Origin: a virus
Lineage: Duplodnaviria; Caudoviricetes
Virus record (IMG/VR): IMGVR_UViG_3300044267_007955
Coordinates: 1 to 32,222 of that record
Length of the DNA stretch: 32,222 nucleotides
Direction: 5' to 3' (one strand)
The translations under genes and the position numbers were made by a program. Positions 15,491-24,974 of this stretch are shown in pieces (the first letter of the stretch is position 1; each line of letters begins with the position of its first letter). The notes beneath the pieces are model-generated. The model worked only from the letters and a program-made list of their open reading frames with translations. It was not told the origin of the DNA and did not search any database.

Positions 15491-17335
15491 ATGTCAGTTT
15501 TAGATAAATTAACAGAAGGCATCGTTAATCGCAATCTCCAGAAGGAAGGTGCTGCCCTGCTTGACAAGTGGGAAAAGACCGGGCTTCTTGAAGGTTTAGA
15601 TAACGATAGCACAAAGGCGTCTATGTCACGTCTTTTGGAGAACCAAGCGAAGGAACTTCTTCGTGAGGCTAGCTCCATGGCAGCAGGAGATGTTCAAGGT
15701 TTCGCTGCTGTAGCATTCCCAATCGTTCGCCGTGTATTCGGCAGTTTGGTTGCTAATGACTTGATTTCGGTTCAACCAATGAGCCTCCCATCAGGTCTCA
15801 TTTTCTTCCTTGATTTCACATTGAGCAATGCTCGTTTGGATCAGGGACAAGACACTTCACTTTATGGTGGAGGAGTTGTTGGTCATCAAATCACCGGTGG
15901 CGTAAAGCTTGGTGGTGGTGCTGATGGAGCCAACGCAGAGCGTAGTTTCTATGCACTTAATAACGGATACTCATCCCCAACAGGTTCTGCAACCTTGGAC
16001 GGCACTAGCATTGTCGCTTCCGGTGTTGTTGGTTCTGGAACTGGAGATGACGTTGAAAACGCTGTAACAAACGCCGCGATTGGTGGCAGCGAAAAGACTA
16101 CATACCTGTCAGATCTCGTTCGCTACGACCCTGATCTTGAAGGAAAGTCAGTTGTTGTTGCAGAAACCGATGCATCTGGTCTTGCTAGCGCTCAGTTCAA
16201 CAGAAATGATTTTATTACATTGAACTTGACTGGAGCGGTAAGTGGATCAAATCGTTTGGTTCGTCGCTTGACAACTATGGTTGGTGGAACTGCCACTAAT
16301 GCAAATGAGTCTCTCAATGCATTGCCATTCACCAATGATTCAACTATTCTTCTTGTATTTGAATCTACTGCTTCCGCTGGTACCGCAGCAACAACTGCTA
16401 ACCTGAAAGCATACGTCAACGCTCTTGGTGGTCCTCTTGGTGTTACATTCGCACTCGCTGATAACTTTGCAGCAGTTGGCAATGACGCACTTGGTGCAAT
16501 TGCTGGTGCAGACGCATGGGGACTTGAAGGTGCAGGTGACACAGCAGGCGCTTTCAACAACACAAGTGTTGATGTAATTCCAGAGATCGACATCAAAGTT
16601 GATTCTGTCAGCGTCACCGCAGTGACTAAGAAGCTCAAGGCTAAGTGGACACCAGAACTTGGACAAGACCTCCAAGCTTACCACAACCTTGATGCAGAAG
16701 TTGAGCTTACAAGCATCCTCTCTGAGCAAATTGCTCTTGAGATCGACCGTGAGTTGCTCAATGACCTTGTAAAAGGCGCATCTGCTGCTTCTCTTCACTG
16801 GTCACGTCGTCCGGGTCAATTCTTGAACAGAGAAACAGGTGTCAAGATTACTAGCTCGACTGCTCCACCTGACTTCACCGGTACCGTGTCTGAGTGGTAT
16901 GAGACATTAATTGAAACTATCAATGATGTTTCTGCTCAAATCCACAGAAAGACACTCCGTGGTGGCGCAAACTTCTTAGTTTGCTCCCCAGAAGTTGCGA
17001 ACATCCTTGAGTTCACAAGTGGCTTCCGCGCAAGCGTTGTTGCTGATACTCCAAAGGGTACCGCAGGTGCTGTCAAAGTTGGTCAAGTAAGCAAGAAGTT
17101 CGACATTTATGTTGATCCTTACTTCATCAGAAACGTTATCCTTGTTGGACGCAAGGGTGGAAGCTTCTTAGAAAGTGGATATGTGTACGCTCCATACGTG
17201 CCGCTCCAAGTCACTCCTACCATCTTTGGTACGGAAGACTTCGTGCCGCGTAAGGGTGTCATGACACGCTATGCTAAGAAGATGGTACGTCCTGATATGT
17301 ACGGATTGGTTATCTGTCACAACCTTGTTGACTAA
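15491..17335 (+). CDS. gp23: Major capsid protein (T4 gp23-like)
   Basis: LLENQ, VQPMSLPSGLIF, KLKAKWTPELGQDL, EIDRE, GYVYAPYVPL, FVPRKGVMTRY. Confidence 0.97.
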   Translation: MSVLDKLTEGIVNRNLQKEGAALLDKWEKTGLLEGLDNDSTKASMSRLLENQAKELLREASSMAAGDVQGFAAVAFPIVRRVFGSLVANDLISVQPMSLPSGLIFFLDFTLSNARLDQGQDTSLYGGGVVGHQITGGVKLGGGADGANAERSFYALNNGYSSPTGSATLDGTSIVASGVVGSGTGDDVENAVTNAAIGGSEKTTYLSDLVRYDPDLEGKSVVVAETDASGLASAQFNRNDFITLNLTGAVSGSNRLVRRLTTMVGGTATNANESLNALPFTNDSTILLVFESTASAGTAATTANLKAYVNALGGPLGVTFALADNFAAVGNDALGAIAGADAWGLEGAGDTAGAFNNTSVDVIPEIDIKVDSVSVTAVTKKLKAKWTPELGQDLQAYHNLDAEVELTSILSEQIALEIDRELLNDLVKGASAASLHWSRRPGQFLNRETGVKITSSTAPPDFTGTVSEWYETLIETINDVSAQIHRKTLRGGANFLVCSPEVANILEFTSGFRASVVADTPKGTAGAVKVGQVSKKFDIYVDPYFIRNVILVGRKGGSFLESGYVYAPYVPLQVTPTIFGTEDFVPRKGVMTRYAKKMVRPDMYGLVICHNLVD

Positions 17336-17365
17336 TACAGCTAACTAAACTGTAACAAAAACAAG

Positions 17366-17403
17366 ACCCTGCTTCTGATTTCGGTTGGAAGCAGGGTTTT
17401 TTT
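17366..17403 (+). terminator. Rho-independent terminator after major capsid
   Basis: ACCCTGCTTC/GAAGCAGGGT stem extended by GU pairs, TTCG loop, followed by T run. Confidence 0.92.
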
Positions 17404-17425
17404 CTTTCTATTACTTGAACGTCAA

Positions 17426-17435
17426 GCTATTTATA
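17426..17435 (+). promoter_or_regulatory. Putative late promoter GCTATTTATA (neck operon)
   Basis: Directly downstream of terminator, just before GGAGG RBS. Confidence 0.65.
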
Positions 17436-17452
17436 CATGGAGGATTCTATGC

Positions 17453-18724
17453 ATGTCTGTCCCAACACTAACACCCGCTAGCGTAACAAGCGCAATTGTA
17501 TTGCCTGTCACCGGCACACATTCAAATGTTAATTCAGCAACCAATCCGTTACCTTTTGGTATATACAGTTCCACACCCTTTGTTTCTGGGGCTGTTGATC
17601 AAGTTGCTTACACTTATAAGAAATTAGGGGGAGACGTACTAGATCTAGAAATAACAGAATTTCAAATCTACTCAGCTTATGAAGAAGCAGTCTTAGAATA
17701 TTCGTACATTGTAAATTCACATCAAGCAAAAAATGTATTATCAGATTTGCTGGGCGCTACTACAGCCTCGTTTGACCAAGATGGACAAATTGAAAGTGGC
17801 AATAGTTTGTCTGGATCTAACATTGAGTTGAAGTATCCAAAATTCAATTTTGCATATGCCAAAACAGTTGCCGATGGTATCTCTACTGAAGCTGCTATTG
17901 GAGGAACTGTTCCGATTTATTCTGCATCTTTCAACATGACAGCGGCTGTGCAAGATTACGACTTACAGAATATAATATCAAGCAGCGCAACAGTGCCGGA
18001 AAATCCATATTTTGGTAAAGTTGGAGATAAAAGAGTAACAGTAAGAAGGGTGTTTTACAAAACACCAGCGGCAATGTGGAGATTTTATGGATATTATGGT
18101 GGTCTAAATGTTGTTGGTAATTTATCAACATATGGGCAATATGCAGATGACTCAACATTTCAAATCGTCCCGGCTTGGCAAAATAAATCGCAAGCCATGG
18201 CGTATGAGGATGCACTATACACTCGTGTGTCACATTGGTCATATGAGCTAAGAAATAATCAATTAAGAATTTTTCCAATTCCTAGAGAGAGTTATTCACC
18301 GACCAAATTCTGGGTTGAATTCTCAGTCGAGTCTGATCCATACACAGAGGCAGACTCAAGCATCAAAACAGGAATAGATGGTGTCAATAACATGAACACT
18401 CTTCCATTCCAAAATATACCATATGAAAATATCAATTCAATTGGTAAACAATGGATAAGAAGGTTTGCTCTTGCATTAGCAAAAGAAATGCTCGGACTGG
18501 TCAGATCAAAATTTGCATCCATACCAATTCCGGGCAATGATATCACTTTGAACGGCAGCGATCTAATATCGCAAGCCAAAGAAGAACAAGAAAAACTAAG
18601 AGAAGAGTTGAAAGAAGTGCTAAATCAACTCACTTATCAGCAATTAGCAGAAGACAGTGCCGGCGTTGTAGAAAATTCAAACAAGATCATGCAGCAAATA
18701 CCTGCCGCTGTTTTTGTGGGGTAG
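17453..18724 (+). CDS. gp13: Neck/head-tail adaptor protein (T4 gp13-like)
   Basis: KLGGDVLDLEITE, QWIRRFALALAKEMLGLVRSKF..IPIPG...LNG..L...A..E...L motifs; synteny. Confidence 0.82.
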   Translation: MSVPTLTPASVTSAIVLPVTGTHSNVNSATNPLPFGIYSSTPFVSGAVDQVAYTYKKLGGDVLDLEITEFQIYSAYEEAVLEYSYIVNSHQAKNVLSDLLGATTASFDQDGQIESGNSLSGSNIELKYPKFNFAYAKTVADGISTEAAIGGTVPIYSASFNMTAAVQDYDLQNIISSSATVPENPYFGKVGDKRVTVRRVFYKTPAAMWRFYGYYGGLNVVGNLSTYGQYADDSTFQIVPAWQNKSQAMAYEDALYTRVSHWSYELRNNQLRIFPIPRESYSPTKFWVEFSVESDPYTEADSSIKTGIDGVNNMNTLPFQNIPYENINSIGKQWIRRFALALAKEMLGLVRSKFASIPIPGNDITLNGSDLISQAKEEQEKLREELKEVLNQLTYQQLAEDSAGVVENSNKIMQQIPAAVFVG

Positions 18725-18728
18725 ATAA

Positions 18729-19247
18729 ATGGCAAAAAACAAGTGGGAACAACCAAGTCAGCCGCCACCTCCTTTGTTTACTGGCAAAAAGGAGCGTGAT
18801 CTTGTTAAGCAGGTCAATGATGAACTTATTGAAAGAGTCATTGGTCAACAAATACTGTATTACCCAATAAGTCTAGAGCACACGAACTATCATGAAATTT
18901 ACGGAGAGGCTATAAACAAGACATTTTTGCCCCCAATTAGAGTTTATGCTCTTGTAGAGTGGCAAGGTTATGAAACTGAAAACACGCACCTTGGAATAAA
19001 CAGAAGACCGCGTATAAACATACATTTTCACAAAAGAAGACTCACCGAGGACCAAGATCTATTTGTTCGTGAAGGTGATTTTATTTTATATGGACAGAGC
19101 TACTATGAAATTGTTGTTTTGAATGAACCTAGAGAACTTTTTGGTCAAAACGACCACAGAGTAGAAATTTCTGCTGAATGTATAAAGGCAAGAAGAAGCA
19201 TCTTTGATGCAGGAGGTATAGTGGGTAACCCTAATTCGTACCCATGA
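18729..19247 (+). CDS. gp14: Head closure/neck protein (T4 gp14-like)
   Basis: ELIERVIGQQILYY, IYGEA, REGDFILYG; synteny. Confidence 0.72.
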   Translation: MAKNKWEQPSQPPPPLFTGKKERDLVKQVNDELIERVIGQQILYYPISLEHTNYHEIYGEAINKTFLPPIRVYALVEWQGYETENTHLGINRRPRINIHFHKRRLTEDQDLFVREGDFILYGQSYYEIVVLNEPRELFGQNDHRVEISAECIKARRSIFDAGGIVGNPNSYP

Positions 19248-19253
19248 TAAGAT

Positions 19254-20171
19254 ATGAGCAGCTTTAGAGAAGATATTCCAATTAAAATGTCAACCATTGA
19301 GACAATCGATGGCGCTATATTGGACCACCTGCGCGACATGAACACTTTTATTGTTGGAAGCAAGGGTTTCGAGCAATTGCCAGTTATTTGGGTTTCAGCG
19401 GAAAGAGCTTTTCAATCTAAAAAGAATAAAGAATATAGAGATGCTGATGGCACTATTGTTTTACCTGTACTAACACTTGAAAGAACCGCTATGCAAAAAA
19501 GCCTGACCAGAAAAGGTAGCATTTATGGAAATGTCCCCCCTCAAGTTTTAGGTAATTCAATTGCTCTGGCAAAAAGAGTGGTGCAAGACAAAACTTCCAA
19601 TTTTGAGGGGGCAAGACTAAATAAAACTTTCGGTCAAATAAATTTTCCATCTACTCCCGAAAAAGTTGTCTATGAAACAGCATTTGTTCCAATGCCCGTA
19701 TACACATATGTGACATATCAGGTAACAATAAGAACTCAATACATACAACAAATGAATCAGGCGCTTTTGCCTTTCTTGAATAAGGGCGGAGGAATAAACT
19801 CTTTCTTTATTTCAAAAGATGGTCATCGCTTTGAGGCTTTTTTAGCTGAAGATTTTGCACCACAGAATAATTTGTCTTCAATGGGTGCAGATGAAAGAAC
19901 AATTGAGACCCAGTTCAATATAAATGTTCTTGGATACGTTCTTGGCTCTGAAGAAAACCAAGAGGGGCCAAAAGTATCATTTAGAGAAAGCACTGTTGAC
20001 ATAAAATTTACCAAAGAGGAGTCTATTTTTGGTGACATACCACAGAACATATCTCAAGCAGACTTAGAAGTAACAAAAGGCAAAATCACTGATAATACCA
20101 CCAATCCCGGCGTCGGAAAATATCCAGATGGCTGGAACCCTGCTCTTCCTGAAGAAGATCCATATAGCTAG
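19254..20171 (+). CDS. gp15: Tail terminator/sheath stabiliser (T4 gp15-like)
   Basis: LPVIW...ERA, LPVLTLER, PMPV...YQVTI.T.Y..QMNQ, F.INVLGY; position before sheath. Confidence 0.72.
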   Translation: MSSFREDIPIKMSTIETIDGAILDHLRDMNTFIVGSKGFEQLPVIWVSAERAFQSKKNKEYRDADGTIVLPVLTLERTAMQKSLTRKGSIYGNVPPQVLGNSIALAKRVVQDKTSNFEGARLNKTFGQINFPSTPEKVVYETAFVPMPVYTYVTYQVTIRTQYIQQMNQALLPFLNKGGGINSFFISKDGHRFEAFLAEDFAPQNNLSSMGADERTIETQFNINVLGYVLGSEENQEGPKVSFRESTVDIKFTKEESIFGDIPQNISQADLEVTKGKITDNTTNPGVGKYPDGWNPALPEEDPYS

Positions 20172-20214
20172 AAAAATAAAAATAAAGGATACTGGAGTTT
20201 TCGCACTTTAGCAC

Positions 20215-20224
20215 ACTAATTATA
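20215..20224 (+). promoter_or_regulatory. Putative late promoter ACTAATTATA (sheath)
   Basis: Identical to 14411 copy; both preceded by TTTTCGC 9-10 nt upstream. Confidence 0.65.
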
Positions 20225-20275
20225 AGAGAAATTATTGTAAACTAATACACTTATCGTAATAAGGAGAACAACAAC

Positions 20276-23167
20276 ATGTCAGTTAAGCAATTCAAGTTTG
20301 TATCCCCCGGAGTTTTTATCAATGAAATTGATAATTCAGCCCTAAATAATGTTTCCAATGCAATCGGACCAACCATTATTGGTAGATTACAGAGAGGACC
20401 AGCACTTAGACCAGTCAAAGTCCAATCTTATTCAGAGTTTGTGAACATATTTGGTGAAGCACTTCCCGGCGGCGATGGTAAAGATATTTGGAGAAATGGT
20501 AACACAACTGCTCCGACTTATGCAGCTTATGCCGCACAAGCCTATTTGAGAAATGGTTCACCCGTCAACGTTGTTCGTCTCCTTGGTGCAGAAAGTCCCG
20601 TTGCAACGAGTGACGGTTTAGCTGGTTGGAAAACAGCGGCCGGCTCTATGGCAAAAGGTGACGCAGACGGCGGCGCTTACGGTCTTTATATTATACCTTC
20701 TGGTACTGCTGATCTGGGCACCGGTTCACTCGCTGCCGTGTGGTATTGTGAATCAGGGCATATTAAGCTATCAGGTACAGCACACGTAGGCCTCGACGCT
20801 GGCGCAGCCACCGCTTCACTAGGAGCGTTTGTACAAAACCTCGGCACTGATTATGGATTCAAGGCAGTTGTCTCACCAAATGGAAGCACCAACTACTCAC
20901 ATACAACAGAATTCAATTTCAACCCAGCTAGTGACAAGTTTATTAGAAAAGTTTTCAATACAAATCCAACGCTCACAAACAACAAAGTTGGCTCTGCTGG
21001 ACTTACCGCTAGCTATTGGCTTGGTGAAACATATGAAGATGCACTTTCCGATGACCGCCAAGGTCACACCCTGAGCGGCAACGGTGCTGACGGTGAAGGA
21101 AAATTATTTGGTATCATATTGCCGTTGCAGAACGCATCCACAACGACCAATGATCGATCAAATTACCAAAGACCACTTAGAGATGCTAGATCACCAGTGG
21201 TTTTTTCACAAGACTTGTCTAATGAAGCAGCAGGTTTTGAACCCTCAACCACAAGAACACCAAGCTTATTCCACTTTAGCACAATCAACGGTGGTTTATG
21301 GGAAGGTCAGAATTATAAGATTTCAATCGAGGACATTCGTGAATCAACCACGGACGATGATCCATATGGAACATTCACAGTCGTGGTCAGATCTGCAAAA
21401 GACTCTGACAATGCAATAAGATTCATTGAAAGATTCTCACAATGTAATTTAGATCCAAAATCTGAAAACTACATTGCAAGAAAAATTGGTGATAAGTACC
21501 AAGAATGGGACGATAGCGAAGGGCGCTATATTGAGTATGGTAGATTCCACAATCGCTCATCTATTATTCGCGTTGTGATGAATGATGACGTAGATACTGG
21601 TCTTACTGATGAAAAGCTACTACCTGCTGGTTTCTATGGACCTGCGAAATATAATCAATTCTTTATTGAAAGTGGATCGGCAAATCCCCTCGCCGCGCCG
21701 CAAGGTTCAGCTACTAAAGTACCAGTCAGGAGCAACGCCGGTGCAACCAATTTCGGTTTGATAGGGGCTACCACTTTCACAGCCTCATTTATCCATCCCG
21801 GTCATGTCGCTCGTGTAAGCTCTGAAAATGCACCTTCTGCTCAAAAAGCTTATTTTGGATACACTCAAACAGTCTCTAGCGGTAGCGCAACATATGCAAA
21901 ACCAAACTTAGACTTTGCAAGACCACTGTGCTTCGGATTGTACGACAATCAATTCAACACATCTTTCGCCACCGATAGCGCTCTAGCAAGATCATTTGTC
22001 TTTACACTTGATGATCTTTCAGGCTCTGGAACTGCAAATAATGTCAACAGCACTCCTGCTATCATGTATTGGAGCGAGGGAAGCAGAAACAATGGTAGCT
22101 CCTATAGAGGAAGTTCTTCCTTCGGGGAAGTTCTTAGAAATGGATTTGACAGATTCACTCTTCCATTGTTCGGAGGAAATGATGGTCTCAACGTAAAGGA
22201 GATGGAACCATTTAGAAATAGTGGGATCAATCTTTCCGATACGTCGGCAACAAATTATGTTGTGAACTCCATCTCTAGAGCGATTGAGTCAGTCTCAGAC
22301 CCAGAGGTTGTAGATACCAACATGATTACAATGCCGGGACTTACAAACCAAGGTTTGATCACAAAGATTATTAGAACTGCTGAAGATAGAGCAGATGCTT
22401 TGGCTATTGTTGACCTCAAAGGCGGATATCAGCCAAACACTGAGGCTGTTGGAACTGAAAAGGACAGAAGAGGAAGTTTGGCAAACGTCATCACTGACCT
22501 TCAAGGCCTTCAGGAAAACAGCAGTTACGCATGCGCCTACTATCCATGGGTTCAAATTAGAGACCCAGAAAAAGGAGCGCTTGTTTGGGTACCACCATCA
22601 GTCGCTGCACTCGGCGTCTTTGCAAACACAGAGGCAACTGACGAACTCTGGTTCGCACCAGCAGGATTTAGAAGAGGGGGACTCTCTAATGGTGCTGCTG
22701 GACTGCCTGTTGTTGGAACAAGCCAAAGATTGACCTCGAAAGACAGAGATAATCTCTATGAGGCAAACATCAACCCAATCGCGAACTTCCCGAACGAAGG
22801 AATTGTAGTGTTCGGTCAAAAGACCCTTCAAGTAACTCCTTCTGCTCTGGACAGAATCAACGTGAGAAGATTGATGAACTATGTCAAAAAAGAAATTTCT
22901 AGAATGGCAAACGATATCTTGTTCCAGCCAAATGTAGAAGAAACATGGGTCAACTTTACATCTAGAGTAAACCCATTCTTAGCTTCCGTAAGAGCTAGAT
23001 TTGGTCTTGATGATTTCAAAGTTGTACTCGACAAGACAACAACGACACCTGAGCTTATCGATAGAAATATCGTATACGCTAAGATCTTCCTGAAGCCAAC
23101 AAAAGCAATTGAATACATTGCAATTGATTTCAACATCACAAACAGTGGAGCTTCATTCGAGGATTAA
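20276..23167 (+). CDS. gp18: Contractile tail sheath protein (T4 gp18-like)
   Basis: FVSPGVFINEID, YYPWVQI, WFAPAGFRRG, INPIANFP, FGQKTLQ, DRINVRRL. Confidence 0.97.
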   Translation: MSVKQFKFVSPGVFINEIDNSALNNVSNAIGPTIIGRLQRGPALRPVKVQSYSEFVNIFGEALPGGDGKDIWRNGNTTAPTYAAYAAQAYLRNGSPVNVVRLLGAESPVATSDGLAGWKTAAGSMAKGDADGGAYGLYIIPSGTADLGTGSLAAVWYCESGHIKLSGTAHVGLDAGAATASLGAFVQNLGTDYGFKAVVSPNGSTNYSHTTEFNFNPASDKFIRKVFNTNPTLTNNKVGSAGLTASYWLGETYEDALSDDRQGHTLSGNGADGEGKLFGIILPLQNASTTTNDRSNYQRPLRDARSPVVFSQDLSNEAAGFEPSTTRTPSLFHFSTINGGLWEGQNYKISIEDIRESTTDDDPYGTFTVVVRSAKDSDNAIRFIERFSQCNLDPKSENYIARKIGDKYQEWDDSEGRYIEYGRFHNRSSIIRVVMNDDVDTGLTDEKLLPAGFYGPAKYNQFFIESGSANPLAAPQGSATKVPVRSNAGATNFGLIGATTFTASFIHPGHVARVSSENAPSAQKAYFGYTQTVSSGSATYAKPNLDFARPLCFGLYDNQFNTSFATDSALARSFVFTLDDLSGSGTANNVNSTPAIMYWSEGSRNNGSSYRGSSSFGEVLRNGFDRFTLPLFGGNDGLNVKEMEPFRNSGINLSDTSATNYVVNSISRAIESVSDPEVVDTNMITMPGLTNQGLITKIIRTAEDRADALAIVDLKGGYQPNTEAVGTEKDRRGSLANVITDLQGLQENSSYACAYYPWVQIRDPEKGALVWVPPSVAALGVFANTEATDELWFAPAGFRRGGLSNGAAGLPVVGTSQRLTSKDRDNLYEANINPIANFPNEGIVVFGQKTLQVTPSALDRINVRRLMNYVKKEISRMANDILFQPNVEETWVNFTSRVNPFLASVRARFGLDDFKVVLDKTTTTPELIDRNIVYAKIFLKPTKAIEYIAIDFNITNSGASFED

Positions 23168-23177
23168 TAAAAAAGAG

Positions 23178-23209
23178 GTGGGGGGTTTTGCTGCCCCCCA
23201 CTATTTATA
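23178..23209 (+). terminator. GC hairpin overlapping late-promoter motif ACTATTTATA (23200-23209)
   Basis: GTGGGGGG-8 nt-CCCCCCAC stem followed by TATTTATA. Confidence 0.65.
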
Positions 23210-23236
23210 ATACAAAGTATATAGGAGGACCAGCAA

Positions 23237-23788
23237 ATGCCAAGCTTTTGGTCAGATGTAACATTGGAGCCGAAAAGAGCGTATAGGTTTCGCTGCTTAC
23301 TTGCAGATAATGACGCTTACACAATAAAAACAGTTAAGAATCCAACTGTAAAGATTTCAGAAACACCACATAAGTTTTTGAACCACACGTTTTATTACCC
23401 CGGAAGGGCTGAATGGGATCCAGTTGACGTAACTTTTGTTGACCCGGCAAATCCAGATCAAACCCTCCGACTCTACAATAAATTGATATCAATGGGATAT
23501 GCTAGCCCAACTGATTCAGAAGCTGCTTTGTCCGGGTTTACAAAGTCTGCCGCCACTGTTGCAATTGGTGATGTAAGAATTCAAGCGTTGGGACCTGCCG
23601 GCGGTGCAACAGATACTACACTGGATGTCATTGGTCAATGGTTTTTGAAAAATGCTTTCTTTACAAACATCAGTTGGGGCGATTTTTCTTATGATAGCGA
23701 AGACATGATTGAATTGTCAACAACTATCAGATACGATTACGCCGAATACTCTGGTGCAGATGCAACACTCAAGAGCTTTGCTGGCTAA
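23237..23788 (+). CDS. gp19: Tail tube protein (T4 gp19-like)
   Basis: EPKRAYRF, YYPGRAEWDPVDVTFVD, W.LKNAF.....WGDFSY, TIRYDYA; follows sheath. Confidence 0.9.
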   Translation: MPSFWSDVTLEPKRAYRFRCLLADNDAYTIKTVKNPTVKISETPHKFLNHTFYYPGRAEWDPVDVTFVDPANPDQTLRLYNKLISMGYASPTDSEAALSGFTKSAATVAIGDVRIQALGPAGGATDTTLDVIGQWFLKNAFFTNISWGDFSYDSEDMIELSTTIRYDYAEYSGADATLKSFAG

Positions 23789-23816
23789 TAGAAGCATATA
23801 AAAGTAAATTTACTTA

Positions 23817-23825
23817 TGCTATAAT
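23817..23825 (+). promoter_or_regulatory. Sigma70-type extended -10 (TGcTATAAT)
   Basis: Perfect TGnTATAAT 22 nt before the chaperone ATG; palindrome AGTAAATTTACT at 23803-23814. Confidence 0.5.
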
Positions 23826-23847
23826 ACGAAACTAAGAAGAGGTAAAA

Positions 23848-24711
23848 ATGTTTAGACGAAACAACGAAGACAGGGTGGGAAGCCCTGCCCCACAGGGCGC
23901 GACTCCCCCTATTGAAACTGAAGAGCAGGAACAAAAAGCTGCCCCTACCCTAAATTTCACTACACCAACTGAATTTGTCGATTTGCCGTCAAAGGGACTT
24001 TTCTATCCAGAGAATCACCCTTTGCACAAGCAAGAATCAGTTGAAATCAAATATATGACTGCAAAAGACGAAGATATTCTAACATCTAAGTCTTATCTGA
24101 AAAAAGGCATCGCAATTGACAAGTTATTACAGAATGTAATTGTGAACAAATCTATCGACATCAACTCACTTTTGTCCGGAGATAAGAACGCTCTCATCAT
24201 AGCCACAAGATCTACCGGATATGGGTCTTCTTATCAAACAAAAGTGGCATGTCCAGCCTGTGGAGCGCAAGGGTCGATTGACTTTGACTTGGAAGAAGAA
24301 TCTAAGGTAAAAGGGTCGGAAGAAATTGAGGGTGTAGAAGACAATGGGGATGGCACTTTTGTTGCGACAACACCTAGAGGTAAAATCGCAGTAAAAATGA
24401 AATTACTAGATGGCAGTTCAGAGAAAAAACTTCTCAAGTTGACTGCCAACAAGAAAAAGAACAATCAGCCAGAATCTACTCTCTCAGATCAACTGAGGAT
24501 GGCGATTGTTTCTGTGGGTGGACAAACAGATCAATCGATGATCAACATGTTCATTCTAAGCCTTCCGGCATCAGACGCTAGATATCTTCGTGATGTCTAC
24601 TCTAAAAAAATGCCAAACGTCGAGTTGAAGCATAATTATGAATGTCAATCTTGTGGTCACGAGCAAGAACTGGAGGTGCCGTTTACCTCTGACTTTTTTT
24701 GGCCTAAGTGA
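23848..24711 (+). CDS. Baseplate hub assembly/tail assembly chaperone (T4 gp26-like)
   Basis: VDLPSKGLFYP, MTAKDEDIL, CPAC and CQSC Zn pairs, ends DFFWP; between tube and TMP. Confidence 0.8.
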   Translation: MFRRNNEDRVGSPAPQGATPPIETEEQEQKAAPTLNFTTPTEFVDLPSKGLFYPENHPLHKQESVEIKYMTAKDEDILTSKSYLKKGIAIDKLLQNVIVNKSIDINSLLSGDKNALIIATRSTGYGSSYQTKVACPACGAQGSIDFDLEEESKVKGSEEIEGVEDNGDGTFVATTPRGKIAVKMKLLDGSSEKKLLKLTANKKKNNQPESTLSDQLRMAIVSVGGQTDQSMINMFILSLPASDARYLRDVYSKKMPNVELKHNYECQSCGHEQELEVPFTSDFFWPK

Positions 24712-24895
24712 TAAACATATAGAAAGCGTTTACGAGCAATTTTTCTACTTGAAATATTATGGAGGCTGGAGCTTCATGGAAGCTTATAACTTGCCTGTCA
24801 AAATCCGCCATTGGTTTGTGCTCAAACTCTCAGATCACATGGAAAAGGAGAAAGAAGCAATGAAAGATGCCAGCAGAAAGGGTAGAAGCAAGTAA
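24692..24895 (+). CDS. Overlapping +1-frame ORF, probable frameshift extension of chaperone (gp51/GT-like)
   Basis: YEQFFYLKYYGGWSFMEAYNLPVKIRHWF motif; frame joins at T7 run 24694-24700. Confidence 0.7.
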   Translation, partial: TFFGLSDKHIESVYEQFFYLKYYGGWSFMEAYNLPVKIRHWFVLKLSDHMEKEKEAMKDASRKGRSK

Positions 24896-24932
24896 ACGAG
24901 CAACACAAACTCATTTTATTTTTTCCAAGATT

Positions 24933-24942
24933 ACTATTTATA
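24933..24942 (+). promoter_or_regulatory. Putative late promoter ACTATTTATA
   Basis: Intergenic copy of recurring motif. Confidence 0.65.
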
Positions 24943-24974
24943 TAGAGTTTGTGCATTCTCTGGAGGATGAGTAG

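Noticed and set aside
6434-17335. Introns or inteins in terminase, portal or capsid
   Set aside because: ORFs are continuous, with no intein C/HN boundaries or homing endonuclease motifs seen
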